From assembly GCA_902529645.1 (NCBI GenBank), contig CABZXO010000004.1, positions 9,226 to 73,225 of the forward strand: a DNA stretch of 64,000 bases, read 5' to 3'. The notes under the pieces are model-generated. The model saw only the letters and a program-made list of their open reading frames with translations, was not told the DNA's origin and did not search any database. This document shows, in pieces, positions 32,886-43,911 of this stretch (position 1 is its first letter; every line of letters begins with the position of its first letter). The DNA comes from an uncultured Pelagibacteraceae bacterium (GTDB lineage Bacteria; Pseudomonadota; Alphaproteobacteria; Pelagibacterales; Pelagibacteraceae). Made by a program: the position numbers and the translations under genes.

Positions 32886-33497
32886 TTAAAAGTATTTTTT
32901 AAATTCCTCATTAATATTTAATATTTCAAGATCAACCAATCCACCAATTACCAGTTGAAGACCAACAATTAAGATAAATACCAAACCAACATAAGCTATC
33001 CAAATATGTTTTTGTATATAATTAGCCATGTACGTGGCTAAAGCTCCAGTTAAAACAACCGACAACATAAGTCCAAATATCATAAATCCAAAATATCCTT
33101 TTGCAGCTGCAACTACGCCAATCACATTATCAAAACTAATCATGATATCTGCAAACAAAACTTTTCCAATACTGCTTATGTATGAAGGTTCTTTACCTTT
33201 TTTTGTAGTGGGTTTTACTTTTTTTATGTCTAATAAATCTTTCCTTAAATCATTTACAATCCAAATTAATAACAAACCACCTAAAATTTTTATAAAATAA
33301 AATTCAAATAAAAAAGTTGCAAATACAGCAAAAAATATTTTAAAAACAAAAGCTCCAATTACACCCCAAAGAATTATTTGTTTCCTATTTTTTGGAACAA
33401 AATTAGAAGCAATAGATCCAACAATCACAGCATTATCTGCTGTTAATATAATTGTTATAAAAATTATATTGGTTAAAATTATGAGTTCTTCAATCAA
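32886..33497 (-). CDS. TerC-family membrane protein
   Basis: LTADNAVIV, ADIMISFDNVIGV; TTG start. Confidence 0.88.
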   Translation of the reverse strand: MIEELIILTNIIFITIILTADNAVIVGSIASNFVPKNRKQIILWGVIGAFVFKIFFAVFATFLFEFYFIKILGGLLLIWIVNDLRKDLLDIKKVKPTTKKGKEPSYISSIGKVLFADIMISFDNVIGVVAAAKGYFGFMIFGLMLSVVLTGALATYMANYIQKHIWIAYVGLVFILIVGLQLVIGGLVDLEILNINEEFKKYF

Positions 33498-33549
33498 GAT
33501 GGATTAATATTATTTCAATTTGTGAATTTTTCAATAAATACTATCTTTA

Positions 33550-33572
33550 AGCTGGTGATTTTAACACCAGCT
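33550..33572. terminator. Hairpin between the TPR gene and the terC-like gene (probable terminator)
   Basis: AGCTGGTG-N7-CACCAGCT. Confidence 0.45.
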
Positions 33573-33595
33573 AATTTTTATAGTTTGTATTTAAA

Positions 33596-34081
33596 TTAAT
33601 ATTTGGATTTTTTAGTACCTTCAATAACTTCTTTTAACTGAGTATATTCTTTACAGTTACAGTTTTCTAATATTTTTAATCTTTCTTTTGCTAAATTTAA
33701 TCTGTTTGTTGCAACATACAGTTCACCCAAATATTCATTTATACCAATATGATTAGGTTCAATTTCCAGACCTTGTAGATAATATTTTTCACCGTTTTCG
33801 TAATCACCAAGTTTTCGCGTAGTGAAACCTAAATAATTTAAAGTATCAGCTTTGTTAGGTTTTTCTGAGTTTGATTTTAAAAGTAGTTTTTGAGCTTTAG
33901 CATATCTTTTTTTTGCCTTTTCAAGTTTACCTTTTGACTCATATTTTTTTGCAAATTTAATTGACTCTACTGCTTTATCATAATTTGATTTTACTTTTGA
34001 AGAAGTGGAATCTGATCCTGCAGAAAAAGAACTTGTTGTAAACAATGTTAAAATCAAAATTACAAATATTTTTTTAATCAT
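33596..34081 (-). CDS. Secreted TPR-repeat protein
   Basis: Signal peptide; ADTLNYLGFTTRKLG, EPNHIGINEYLGELY. Confidence 0.8.
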   Translation of the reverse strand: MIKKIFVILILTLFTTSSFSAGSDSTSSKVKSNYDKAVESIKFAKKYESKGKLEKAKKRYAKAQKLLLKSNSEKPNKADTLNYLGFTTRKLGDYENGEKYYLQGLEIEPNHIGINEYLGELYVATNRLNLAKERLKILENCNCKEYTQLKEVIEGTKKSKY

Positions 34082-34851
34082 ATAAATTTCTCCATTTTAT
34101 TTAAAGGTTTTAATTGTAATCCATTTTCTAACAGGTTTTCTCTTATTGATTTTGCTGTAGATAACGAACTTTCGTTATCACCATGTATACACACAGAGTC
34201 AATTTCACAAGGTATCTGCTTTCCACTGTGACAATTAAGCGACTGATTTTTAACCATATTCAGCACATGTTTTTTAGCTTCTACCGGATCAGTAATAAGA
34301 GCATGTGGTTTTTTTCTAGAAACCAAATTGCCATCATCTTCATAATTCCTATCTGCAAAAATCTCACAAGCTATACGCATGTTTAGTTTTTTAGCTGCTT
34401 CTTCCATTTTAGATCCTGTAGGAACTAAATAAATTAAATCTTTACTGATCTCATTTACCGTTTTTGCTAAAGTAGTTGCTAAATCAATGTCTTCGCAAGC
34501 CATATTATTTAAAGCACCGTGTGGTTTAATATGAGTAACATTTTCTCCATGATCTTGAGCAATCTTTTGAAGAATTTCATATTGATCAATTATTAATTGC
34601 CTCACCTCGTTTGGTTGAAGATTCATTCTTTTTCTTCCAAAATTTTCTGGATCTTTAAATGATGGATGCGCTCCAATACTGACACCATTTTTTTTTGAAA
34701 TTTGAACTACTTGTTTCATAGAATCATCGTCACCTGCATGGTAACCACATGCCACATTAGCCGAATTAACTATTTCAAGTAAATTTGGATCATTCTTATT
34801 TGAATGATGTTTTGATTTTTCCCCTAAATCACAATTTATATTAATTTCCAT
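34078..34851 (-). CDS. pxpA: 5-oxoprolinase subunit A (LamB/YcsF)
   Basis: NCDLGE, NVACGYHAGD, GAHPS, KPHGAL, SVCIHGD; start placed at MEININ (34851). Confidence 0.93.
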   Translation of the reverse strand: MEININCDLGEKSKHHSNKNDPNLLEIVNSANVACGYHAGDDDSMKQVVQISKKNGVSIGAHPSFKDPENFGRKRMNLQPNEVRQLIIDQYEILQKIAQDHGENVTHIKPHGALNNMACEDIDLATTLAKTVNEISKDLIYLVPTGSKMEEAAKKLNMRIACEIFADRNYEDDGNLVSRKKPHALITDPVEAKKHVLNMVKNQSLNCHSGKQIPCEIDSVCIHGDNESSLSTAKSIRENLLENGLQLKPLNKMEKFI

Positions 34852-34878
34852 AGCTAATAATGTTGAGTATAACATGGC

Positions 34879-35553
34879 ATGATAAAAAATATATCAAATC
34901 TTGGTGACGCAGCTGTATACTGTGATTTTGGTAATGAAGTAAATAAAACAATTAATTCAAAAGTAATAAAATATTTTAAGACTATTAAAAAAAATTATAT
35001 TGAAGGGATCAATAATTTAACCCCTTCTTATAATAAATTAATTATTTCTTATGATTTAAAAAAAACAAATTTTAAAGAAGTTAAAAATTTTGTTGAAAAT
35101 ATTAATCCTGAAGACTCAATAGATATAAATTCTAAAAAATTAGAAATACCAGTTTGTTGTCATGAAAATTTCTCAATGGACATTAAAAGATTAGAAGAAA
35201 TATTAAAATTAAGTAGAGAAAAAATTTTAGAGAAATTTTTAAATAAGGACTATTTTTGTTATATGACAGGTTTTATCGCTGGTATGCCTTTTCTTGGTGA
35301 CTTAGATGAAAATATGCGAGCTCAACGTTTAGAAACTCCAAGAGTAAAAGTTCCAAAAGGATCTGTAGCAATTACTGAGCAATTTGCAAACATTTATACA
35401 TTTGAAAGTCCAGGTGGGTGGAATATTTTAGGAAATACACCTTTAGATGTTTTTGATAGCTCAAAAGAAGATAAACCAAACGTAATTAACCCAGGAGATA
35501 CAGTAATTTTCAAGGAAATTACCTTAGATCAGTATAAAAATTTTAATGAGTAA
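34879..35553 (+). CDS. pxpB: 5-oxoprolinase subunit B
   Basis: GFIAGMPFLG, PRVKVPKGSVAI, SPGGWNILG. Confidence 0.9.
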   Translation: MIKNISNLGDAAVYCDFGNEVNKTINSKVIKYFKTIKKNYIEGINNLTPSYNKLIISYDLKKTNFKEVKNFVENINPEDSIDINSKKLEIPVCCHENFSMDIKRLEEILKLSREKILEKFLNKDYFCYMTGFIAGMPFLGDLDENMRAQRLETPRVKVPKGSVAITEQFANIYTFESPGGWNILGNTPLDVFDSSKEDKPNVINPGDTVIFKEITLDQYKNFNE

Positions 35554-36490
35554 TAATTATATAGATATAATCAGATCTGGAATTAATACTACTTTTCAAG
35601 ATAAAGGTAGAGACCATCTTTATCATATTGGTATCCCTTTCAGCGGTGCTATGGATAACAGAAATTATCTTATAGCTAACAAACTTGTTGACAATAATTT
35701 AGATGCAGCGGTGATTGAATTTGCATACCAAGGTCCTCTTGTAAAATATTCAGGAGAAAAAATTAATATTGCTATTACTGGAGATGTAATTTTTTCAATA
35801 AAAAAAAAAGATACTGAAATTGATGGTCAGTGTTACCAAAGTTATCAAATTGAAAATGGAGATGAAATAAATATCATATCTACAAATAAATCAGTCTATG
35901 GTTATTTAGCACTAGGCGGACAGCTCGATTTAAAATTTCAATGGAATAGTTGCTCTATAAATACGAAAGCAAATATTGGATCTAATAATGGAAAAAAATT
36001 AGATGAAGGACAAAGAATTAATTTAAAAAAAATAAATTCAAATAAGAATATTAAAAAAACCAATTACATAAATACCAAAATAGAAAACATAAGGGTAATT
36101 AAAGGTACTAATTTTGATTACTTTTCAGAAGAAGGTAAGAAAATATTTTATGAGAAGGAATTCAAAGTATCGAAACTTTCAGACAGAATGGGAATGAGAC
36201 TAGAGGGACCTAAAATTGATAATATTGTTAATACCAACATAAAATCAGAGGGTTTAATTAAAGGTGTAATCCAAGTACCTGCAGACGGAAATCCAATTAT
36301 AATGCTTTCAGATCATGGTACTATTGGTGGTTATCCAAAAATTGGAGTTGTAGCTAGTGTCGATTATGACCGATTAGTACAGATGTCTCCTGGTTCAAAA
36401 ATAAAATTTAAAGAGATTAATTTATCTGATGCAGAGACATTATTTAAATTATATGAAATGGAAACTCAAAATTTACTTTCACAAATTTAA
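35546..36490 (+). CDS. pxpC: 5-oxoprolinase subunit C
   Basis: QDKGR, SGAMD, SDRMGMRL, IQVPADGNPII, TIGGYPKI. Confidence 0.9.
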   Translation: MSNNYIDIIRSGINTTFQDKGRDHLYHIGIPFSGAMDNRNYLIANKLVDNNLDAAVIEFAYQGPLVKYSGEKINIAITGDVIFSIKKKDTEIDGQCYQSYQIENGDEINIISTNKSVYGYLALGGQLDLKFQWNSCSINTKANIGSNNGKKLDEGQRINLKKINSNKNIKKTNYINTKIENIRVIKGTNFDYFSEEGKKIFYEKEFKVSKLSDRMGMRLEGPKIDNIVNTNIKSEGLIKGVIQVPADGNPIIMLSDHGTIGGYPKIGVVASVDYDRLVQMSPGSKIKFKEINLSDAETLFKLYEMETQNLLSQI

Positions 36491-37362
36491 TGAATTTTTT
36501 ATCAAAAATACCAGGACCTTTTTTAGTTTTTTTAGGAGCTTGTGCACTAAGTTTTGGAGGTTTGATTGTTAAGTCTTTCGATGGATCTACACTTTGGCAA
36601 ATATTATTTTGGAGATCACTTTTTTTTATTGGAGTAATTACAATTTTTTTAATATTTACTTACAAAGGAAAAATTTTAAGTGCTCTTTATAAATCTGGAA
36701 TTCCAGGTTTATTTGGAGGAATAATATTGTCTATTGGATTTGCTAGCTATGTATTTGCTATGTATGAAACAACAGTAGCTAACGCTAATTTTATAATACA
36801 AACTCAAACTTTGTTTTTAGCAATTTTTGGTTATGTGTTTTTAAAAGAAAAAATTTCAAAAATTACATTAAGCTGTATTATTACAGCTGTAGTTGGCATT
36901 ATTTTAATGTTGGGAAGTTCACTTACACCAGGTCAAATGAATGGAAACTTAGTTGCATTTATTATGCCAATATCGTTTGCGATCCTAATTTTAATTGTTA
37001 GAAAATATCCTAAAGTTGACATGATACCTTTACAACTTGTTGCTGGAATTTTTGCGACACTAATAGGTTTGTTCATGTCACCAAGTATTATTGTTTCAAC
37101 AAATGATATTTTTTTAGGTTTTATTGCAGGATTTTTTCAAGTTGGACTTGGATTTATACTTATAACTATTGGAGCAAGATCAACTCCTTCGGCATTTGTT
37201 GGAATAATTATGTTAACTGAAGCTGTCCTTGGACCTTTGTGGGCATGGATGTTTGTGAACGAAAACCCACCACTTACTGTGCTTTTTGGCGGAGCGGTAG
37301 TTATAACAGCAGTAGTTATACAGTTTTTGTCTCCATTACTTGTCAAAAAGGTAGCTAAATAA
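36490..37362 (+). CDS. DMT (EamA) family transporter
   Basis: About 10 TM; FLKEKI, LTEAVLGPLWAW. Confidence 0.88.
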   Translation: MNFLSKIPGPFLVFLGACALSFGGLIVKSFDGSTLWQILFWRSLFFIGVITIFLIFTYKGKILSALYKSGIPGLFGGIILSIGFASYVFAMYETTVANANFIIQTQTLFLAIFGYVFLKEKISKITLSCIITAVVGIILMLGSSLTPGQMNGNLVAFIMPISFAILILIVRKYPKVDMIPLQLVAGIFATLIGLFMSPSIIVSTNDIFLGFIAGFFQVGLGFILITIGARSTPSAFVGIIMLTEAVLGPLWAWMFVNENPPLTVLFGGAVVITAVVIQFLSPLLVKKVAK

Positions 37363-37396
37363 ATTTCACATAAACATTTTAAATGTGTTATAAATT

Positions 37397-37536
37397 TATA
37401 TACGGGAGAGACTACTTTTGTAGCGCCGAAGGAGCAACCACCCCGGAAACTCTCAGGCAAAAGGACCGTACATATTAACTCTGGAAAGAGAATTATTCTC
37501 GCCGAAGGAGCAAATCTCTCAGGCACCAAGACAGAG
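37397..37536 (+). ncRNA. Tandem glycine riboswitch
   Basis: Two aptamers, each with GGA(G/A)AGA...GCCGAAGGAGCAA...CTCTCAGGCA...; closing stems tatatacgg/ccgtacata and ctctg/cagag; directly upstream of gcvT. Confidence 0.95.
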
Positions 37537-37555
37537 GGGGCAAAGAAGAGTTAAT

Positions 37556-38659
37556 ATGGAAATAAAAAAAACGTCACTAAATAAACTTCATCAAAGTAAC
37601 AACGCTAAGTTTGTTGAATTCGCTGGCTATGAAATGCCTATTCAGTATAGCAAAGGTATTATTGAAGAACATAAATTCACAAGATCGAATTCTGGAATAT
37701 TTGATGTATCTCATATGGGTCAATTATTTATATATGGTGATGGAAGTTTAACAGAAGAATTAGAGAAAATATTTCCATTAGATTTAAAAAATCTTAAACA
37801 AAATTGCTCTAAGTATAGTTTTTTAATGAATGAGGACGCGGGAATTTATGATGATTTAATCATTACTAAAATTGAGGAAGGATATTTAATTATACTTAAT
37901 GCTGCATGCAAAGATAAAGATTTTGAGATTTTATCTAATTTACTAGGTTCGAAATTTAAAATGAATTTAGATAACAATAGATCTTTGATAGCAATTCAAG
38001 GACCCAAGTCTGTTGAAATTTTAAACTCCATTATAAATGGAGTTGATCAGCTAAATTTTATGACAGGAAATTGGTTCGATTCTAATAATCAAAAATTATT
38101 TGTAACAAGATCGGGTTATACAGGTGAAGATGGATTTGAAATTTCAATTTTTAACGAAGAAGCTGAAAAATTCGTTGAAAACTTAATAAAAAAGGGTGCA
38201 CAACTTATAGGACTTGGGGCAAGAGATACCTTGAGATTAGAAGCTGGATTATGTTTATATGGCCACGAATTAGATATTAATAAAACACCAATTGAGGCAA
38301 ACCTTAGATGGGCAATCTCAAAATCTAGATTATCAAATGGAGGTTTTATTGGATCGAAAAAAATTATGAACCAAATGCAAGATGGAGCAAGCCAAATAAG
38401 AGTAGGGATTAAACCCGAAGGTAGATTGATTGCTAGAGAAAAAACTAAAATATTTAATGATACAGATACACCAATCGGTGAGATAACTAGTGGCACGTTT
38501 GGACCAAGTGTAAATGGTCCTATAGCGATGGGATATGTTAATAAAGAGTTTTCAAAAGTTGATACTAAAATTTTGCTTGAGGTAAGAGGGAAAAAACATC
38601 CAGCAAGTGTTTGTGCATTACCATTTTATAAAAAAAATTATGTGAAAGGAGTAAATTAA
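37556..38659 (+). CDS. gcvT: Glycine cleavage aminomethyltransferase T
   Basis: [31 protein letters not shown]. Confidence 0.97.
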   Translation: MEIKKTSLNKLHQSNNAKFVEFAGYEMPIQYSKGIIEEHKFTRSNSGIFDVSHMGQLFIYGDGSLTEELEKIFPLDLKNLKQNCSKYSFLMNEDAGIYDDLIITKIEEGYLIILNAACKDKDFEILSNLLGSKFKMNLDNNRSLIAIQGPKSVEILNSIINGVDQLNFMTGNWFDSNNQKLFVTRSGYTGEDGFEISIFNEEAEKFVENLIKKGAQLIGLGARDTLRLEAGLCLYGHELDINKTPIEANLRWAISKSRLSNGGFIGSKKIMNQMQDGASQIRVGIKPEGRLIAREKTKIFNDTDTPIGEITSGTFGPSVNGPIAMGYVNKEFSKVDTKILLEVRGKKHPASVCALPFYKKNYVKGVN

Positions 38660-39039
38660 TGAGTGAAGTAAAATTTTCAAAAGAACATGAGTGGATTACT
38701 TTAGATGGAGATGTAGCTACAATAGGAATTACAAAACATGCAACAGAAATGCTTGGAGACATAGTTTTTGCAGAACTACCTGAAAAAGGATCTAATGTTG
38801 AAAAAGATGGTACTGCGGGAGTGGTAGAATCTACAAAAGCTGCTAGTGATGTTTATACTCCAGTTAGTGGTGAAGTGGTGGACACTAATCAGTCTATAGT
38901 AGATGATCCTGCCAAAATTAATGAGGACCCTGAAGGGGGTGCATGGTTTTTTAAATTGAAAATTAAAGATTCATCAGAGTTAGATACTTTAATGAACAAA
39001 GAAGAATACGATAAATTTGCAAAGGAGACATCAAGCTAA
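38659..39039 (+). CDS. gcvH: Glycine cleavage H protein
   Basis: EHEWI; VESTKAASD lipoyl-Lys. Confidence 0.97.
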   Translation: MSEVKFSKEHEWITLDGDVATIGITKHATEMLGDIVFAELPEKGSNVEKDGTAGVVESTKAASDVYTPVSGEVVDTNQSIVDDPAKINEDPEGGAWFFKLKIKDSSELDTLMNKEEYDKFAKETSS

Positions 39040-41909
39040 TGTTACATAATTCACAAAAAGATTTTATTAGAAGACACATTGGTCCATCTAAAGAGGATCA
39101 AGAAAAAATGCTTAAAGATCTTAACTTTAAGTCATTAGATGAATTAATTAATAGTACCATTCCAGAAAAAATTCAGTTTAAAGGTGAATTAAATATTGGT
39201 GAACCAAATTCAGAATATGAAGCTTTAAGAAAATTAAAAGCAATTTCAAAAAAAAACCAAATTTACTCAAATTTTATAGGCATGGGTTATTATGGAACCT
39301 ATACGCCATATGTAATTTTAAGAAATATATTAGAAAATCCAGGATGGTATACATCATACACACCTTATCAGCCTGAAGTAGCCCAAGGTAGATTGGAGAT
39401 GCTATTAAACTTTCAGCAAATGATTGTTGATTTTACAGGAATGGATATAGCAAACGCGTCTTTACTTGACGAAGGAACAGCGGCTGCAGAAGCTATGGGA
39501 TTAAGTCATAGACTTAATAAAAGTGATAGTAATTTAGTTTTTGTCTCAGAGAATTGCCATCCACAAACGATTGACGTTATTCAAACTAGAGCAGAACCAA
39601 TGGGTCTTAAAGTCCTAGTTGGAAACGAGGATAAAGTTCTTGAGCAGTTAAAAGAAGATTTGGTTTGTGGAGTTTTACAATATCCAGGAACTTTAGGTGA
39701 TATTAAAGATCCTAGTGAGGCTATAAGTAAAATTCATAAAAAAAATGGAAAAGCAATTTTAGTTTGTGATCTTCTTGCGCTGTCTATGCTAAAAACACCA
39801 AGAGAACTTGGAGCTGATATTGCAGTCGGTAGCTCCCAAAGGTTTGGTATCCCAATGGGTTACGGAGGACCTCATGCAGCTTTTTTTGCAACAAAAGATG
39901 AATACAAAAGATCTATGCCAGGTAGGATTGTTGGGGTTTCAGTCGATAGGCATGGAAACAAGGCTTATAGATTATCATTACAAACTAGAGAGCAACACAT
40001 TAGAAGAGACAAAGCTACAAGTAATATTTGTACTGCTCAAGCCTTACTCGCAATTGTTTCAGCAGCATATGCCATTTATCACGGACCAGATGGAATTAAA
40101 AGTATATCTGAAAGAGTATCTCAACTAGCAAAAAATTTTGCAGATAAAATAAAACAATCCGGATATGAATTATACTCAGATTATTTTTTTGATACTGTAA
40201 CTATTATTACCAAAGAAAAGACAGATCAGATTTTCAAAAATGCTTTAGATCAAAAAGTTAATATTAGAAAAGTAAATTCAGAAATGCTGTCCGTTTCTTT
40301 CGATGAAAGAAAAAATGTTTATAGAGTAAATCAACTATTGAAAATTTTTAATGCAGCGGAATCTATTAAAAAAGAAGATCCTACTGTCAGTTTACCAAAT
40401 CTACCAAACAATTTATTAAGAACTTCAAAATATTTGGAACACCCTGTTTTTAATTCATATCACTCTGAAACAGAAATGCTTAGATATCTTAAAAAGTTAG
40501 AGGATAAGGATATAGCTCTTAATAGAACAATGATCGCTCTGGGTTCATGTACTATGAAATTAAATGCTACTGCAGAAATGATACCTATTTCTTGGAGAGA
40601 ATTGGCAGAGCCTCATCCATTTGTACCTGTTGAACAAATGGAGGGATATAGAGAAATGTTCACAGATCTTAAAAATTGGTTAAGGTCTATTACCGGTTTT
40701 TCTGGTGTTTCACTTCAGCCAAATGCAGGAGCTCAAGGCGAGTATGCAGGTTTAATGGTAATAAGAAAATATCATTTAGATAGAGGAGATGAAAACAGAA
40801 ATATATGTTTAATTCCAAGCTCAGCACATGGAACTAATCCAGCTAGCGCACAGATGGTTGGAATGAAAGTTGTAGTTGTTGATTGTGATAAAGAGGGAAA
40901 TGTTGACTTTGAAGATTTAAAGAAAAAAGCAGAATTGCATTCAGATAATCTTGGTGCATTAATGGTTACTTACCCATCAACACATGGGGTATTTGAAGAA
41001 AAAATTAAAGATATATGTGAAGTAATTCATGAACATGGCGGTCAAGTTTATATGGATGGTGCAAACTTAAATGCACTTGTTGGTGTGGCAAAACCTGGAA
41101 ATTTTGGTCCTGATGTTTGTCATATAAACTTACATAAAACATTTTGTATTCCACATGGTGGTGGAGGACCCGGAATGGGACCTATCGCATGTAAAAGACA
41201 TTTACAAGTTTATCTACCTAATCATCCAGTTGTAAAAGATTGCGGGCCTGCAAGTGGAATAGGTGCCGTTTCAGCAGCTCCATGGGGAAGCTCAAGTATT
41301 TTATCTATTTCTTGGATGTATATTAAGATGATGGGATCAGAGGGTGTAAAACTTGCAACGCAAATTGCAATCCTAAATGCAAATTACATTGCAAATAGAT
41401 TAAAAGATCATTATCCAATTCTTTATAAAGGTTCAAATGGTAATGTAGCTCACGAATGTATTATCGATATTAGATCTATTAAAAGTGACACAGGTATTTC
41501 AGAAGAAGATATAGCAAAAAGATTAATAGATTATGGATTTCATGCACCAACAATGTCATGGCCAGTTGCTGGAACAATGATGATTGAACCAACAGAAAGT
41601 GAGAGTTTATCTGAACTAGATAGATTTTGTAACACTTTGATTAGCATTAAAAAAGAAATAGATATGGTCAAGTCAGGCAAGTTTGACAAAGTTGATAACC
41701 CTATAAAAAATGCACCTCATACTGATATAGAACTAGCTTCAGATGAATGGAGTCATAAATATTCAAGAGAGCAAGCTGCATATCCAGCAAAATTCTTAAA
41801 AGCAAATAAATTTTGGCCTCCGGTTGCAAGAGTTGATAACGTATATGGAGATAAAAATATTTTTTGTACTTGTCCAAGTATGGATGAGTTTAAAGAAGAT
41901 GCAGCATAG
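39039..41909 (+). CDS. gcvP: Glycine dehydrogenase (decarboxylating) P protein
   Basis: YTPYQPEVAQG, ATSNICTAQAL, NLHKTFCIPHGGGGPG. Confidence 0.98.
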   Translation: MLHNSQKDFIRRHIGPSKEDQEKMLKDLNFKSLDELINSTIPEKIQFKGELNIGEPNSEYEALRKLKAISKKNQIYSNFIGMGYYGTYTPYVILRNILENPGWYTSYTPYQPEVAQGRLEMLLNFQQMIVDFTGMDIANASLLDEGTAAAEAMGLSHRLNKSDSNLVFVSENCHPQTIDVIQTRAEPMGLKVLVGNEDKVLEQLKEDLVCGVLQYPGTLGDIKDPSEAISKIHKKNGKAILVCDLLALSMLKTPRELGADIAVGSSQRFGIPMGYGGPHAAFFATKDEYKRSMPGRIVGVSVDRHGNKAYRLSLQTREQHIRRDKATSNICTAQALLAIVSAAYAIYHGPDGIKSISERVSQLAKNFADKIKQSGYELYSDYFFDTVTIITKEKTDQIFKNALDQKVNIRKVNSEMLSVSFDERKNVYRVNQLLKIFNAAESIKKEDPTVSLPNLPNNLLRTSKYLEHPVFNSYHSETEMLRYLKKLEDKDIALNRTMIALGSCTMKLNATAEMIPISWRELAEPHPFVPVEQMEGYREMFTDLKNWLRSITGFSGVSLQPNAGAQGEYAGLMVIRKYHLDRGDENRNICLIPSSAHGTNPASAQMVGMKVVVVDCDKEGNVDFEDLKKKAELHSDNLGALMVTYPSTHGVFEEKIKDICEVIHEHGGQVYMDGANLNALVGVAKPGNFGPDVCHINLHKTFCIPHGGGGPGMGPIACKRHLQVYLPNHPVVKDCGPASGIGAVSAAPWGSSSILSISWMYIKMMGSEGVKLATQIAILNANYIANRLKDHYPILYKGSNGNVAHECIIDIRSIKSDTGISEEDIAKRLIDYGFHAPTMSWPVAGTMMIEPTESESLSELDRFCNTLISIKKEIDMVKSGKFDKVDNPIKNAPHTDIELASDEWSHKYSREQAAYPAKFLKANKFWPPVARVDNVYGDKNIFCTCPSMDEFKEDAA

Positions 41910-41915
41910 TAATTA

Positions 41916-43154
41916 ATGAAAATTGCTGTTGTTGGCTCAGGTATTTCTGGATTAAGTTCTGCTTATTATTTATCTAAAAAACATCACGTAGATCTTTTTG
42001 AGAGAGAGGATCATTTTGGTGGACACTCTCATACAATAGATTTATTTTTTGATGAAAAAAAAGTTTCAATAGATATTGGTTTTATTGTTTTTAATTTTCA
42101 AACTTATCCAAATTTAATTAATTTTTTTAAGGAAAATGATATTCAAATTGAAAAAAGCAACATGTCTTTTTCAGTTTCAGTAGATAATACGAAATTTGAA
42201 TATTGTGGAAAAGGATTGAGTGGGATTTTCTGCAATAAATCAAATCTATTTAATATTGATTTCTTAAAAATGTTTTTTGATATAATTAAATTTTATAAAA
42301 AAAGTGATCAAGCAACCATATCCAATGACAAAATTACCTTAGGTGAATATTTAAAAATTAATAAATTATCCAAAACATTTATTGATTATCATATAATACC
42401 AATGGTATCTGCAATTTGGTCTATGCCCCCTTATGAAGCTAGCAAAATGCCAATTAGTTTTTTTCTTAGATTTTTCCAAAATCATGGTTTGTTTAAATTG
42501 AAAAATAGACCACAGTGGTACACAGTAACCAATAGAAGCAGAACCTATGTTAGTAAAATAATTTCACAATTAAGTGGGGAACATTATAAAAATTATAAAG
42601 TCACAAAAATTAAAAGAAAAATGTCAGGACTAGATTTATATTACGGTGGAGAAAGTGAATTTTTTGATTATGACAAGGTTATTTTGGCAACACATGCTGA
42701 TGAAGCCTTAGAGATCATTGAAAATCCAACTGAGGATGAGAGAAATATTCTTTCGAATTTTAGCTACAAAGAAAATATAGCTTACATACATACAGATCAG
42801 CGGGCCATGCCAAAAAATAAAAAAGCTTGGTCTTCTTGGAATTCATCAATAGATGACAAGAATTTAGAGAAAAATTCAATAACCTACTGGTTAAATTTAT
42901 TGCAAAATTTAAAGTGTGATGAAAATATTTTCTTAACACTAAATCCTTATTTCAATATTGATGAGAAAAAAATATTGAAAAAAGTAAAATTTACACATCC
43001 ATATTACGATCAAAAAGCATTAGATGCTCAATCAGAGCTTATTAAAATACAAAATCAAAAAGATTTACTTTTTTGTGGCAGTTATTTTGGTTACGGATTT
43101 CATGAAGATGGAATAAAATCATCTCTTGAAATGCTGAAAAACCTTAATGATTAG
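41916..43154 (+). CDS. FAD-dependent oxidoreductase (UfaD/RSP_1091-like fatty-acid desaturase)
   Basis: GSGISG, GGHSHT, DIGFIVFN, FFQNHGL, WSSWN, GFHEDG; linked to DUF1365 and cfa. Confidence 0.8.
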   Translation: MKIAVVGSGISGLSSAYYLSKKHHVDLFEREDHFGGHSHTIDLFFDEKKVSIDIGFIVFNFQTYPNLINFFKENDIQIEKSNMSFSVSVDNTKFEYCGKGLSGIFCNKSNLFNIDFLKMFFDIIKFYKKSDQATISNDKITLGEYLKINKLSKTFIDYHIIPMVSAIWSMPPYEASKMPISFFLRFFQNHGLFKLKNRPQWYTVTNRSRTYVSKIISQLSGEHYKNYKVTKIKRKMSGLDLYYGGESEFFDYDKVILATHADEALEIIENPTEDERNILSNFSYKENIAYIHTDQRAMPKNKKAWSSWNSSIDDKNLEKNSITYWLNLLQNLKCDENIFLTLNPYFNIDEKKILKKVKFTHPYYDQKALDAQSELIKIQNQKDLLFCGSYFGYGFHEDGIKSSLEMLKNLND

Positions 43155-43911
43155 TTCTTGTATATATAATGGAAACGTAATCCATAAAAGATTTAAACCA
43201 AAAGAACATTTTTTTAAATATAAAGTATTTTCACTTTTCATTGATCTATCAGAGCTAAATGAGCTTAATGATAAATTAAAATTTTTTTCATTAAATAAAT
43301 TTAATCTTATTAGTTTTTACGAAAAAGATCATGGTGACCGTGATGGATCATCTCTTTTTGAGTGGGTAAAAAAAAATCTAATTAATAACGAAATCAGTAC
43401 AGACAACATAAAAGTTAAACTTTTATGCTATCCAAGAATATTTGGTTATGTTTTTAATCCACTAAGTATTTTTTTTGTATACGATAATAATGATAATTTA
43501 ATTTCTATATTATATGAGGTTAAAAATACATTTGGTGAGCAACACACATATGTTTTTAAAGTAGAGGGACAAAATAAATTAATTCAAAATAATTGCTCTA
43601 AAAAATTTCATGTCTCACCATTTATTGAAATGGATTGTAATTATTTTTTTAGGATATTAAATCCAGACCAGAAGTTGTCAGTAATAATTGATCAATATGA
43701 TCAAGAAGGAAAAATTCTTTTTGCATCTCAAGATGGTGAAAGATCTGCTTTGACAAGTAAAAACTTAATGAATTCTTATCTTAAACACCCTCTAATGACA
43801 TTTAAAATTATATCTGCGATACATTTTGAAGCGTTTAAATTGTGGTTTAAAGGAATTAAATTTATTAAGAAAAAATTTAAAATTAAAAATAATATAACAG
43901 TAGAAAATTAA
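43147..43911 (+). CDS. DUF1365 protein (UfaO/RSP_1090-like)
   Basis: HKRFKP, PRIFGYVFNPLS, EVKNTFGEQH, KKFHVSPF, IHFEA. Confidence 0.88.
   Translation: MISSCIYNGNVIHKRFKPKEHFFKYKVFSLFIDLSELNELNDKLKFFSLNKFNLISFYEKDHGDRDGSSLFEWVKKNLINNEISTDNIKVKLLCYPRIFGYVFNPLSIFFVYDNNDNLISILYEVKNTFGEQHTYVFKVEGQNKLIQNNCSKKFHVSPFIEMDCNYFFRILNPDQKLSVIIDQYDQEGKILFASQDGERSALTSKNLMNSYLKHPLMTFKIISAIHFEAFKLWFKGIKFIKKKFKIKNNITVEN

Noticed and set aside
33498-33595. yybP-ykoY (Mn) riboswitch upstream of the terC-like gene
   Set aside because: The conserved GGGGAGUA core is absent; only a simple hairpin and promoter-like boxes are present
34879-36490. Allophanate hydrolase or urea carboxylase as a second urea route
   Set aside because: The adjacent pxpA and lack of a biotin carboxylase point to 5-oxoprolinase
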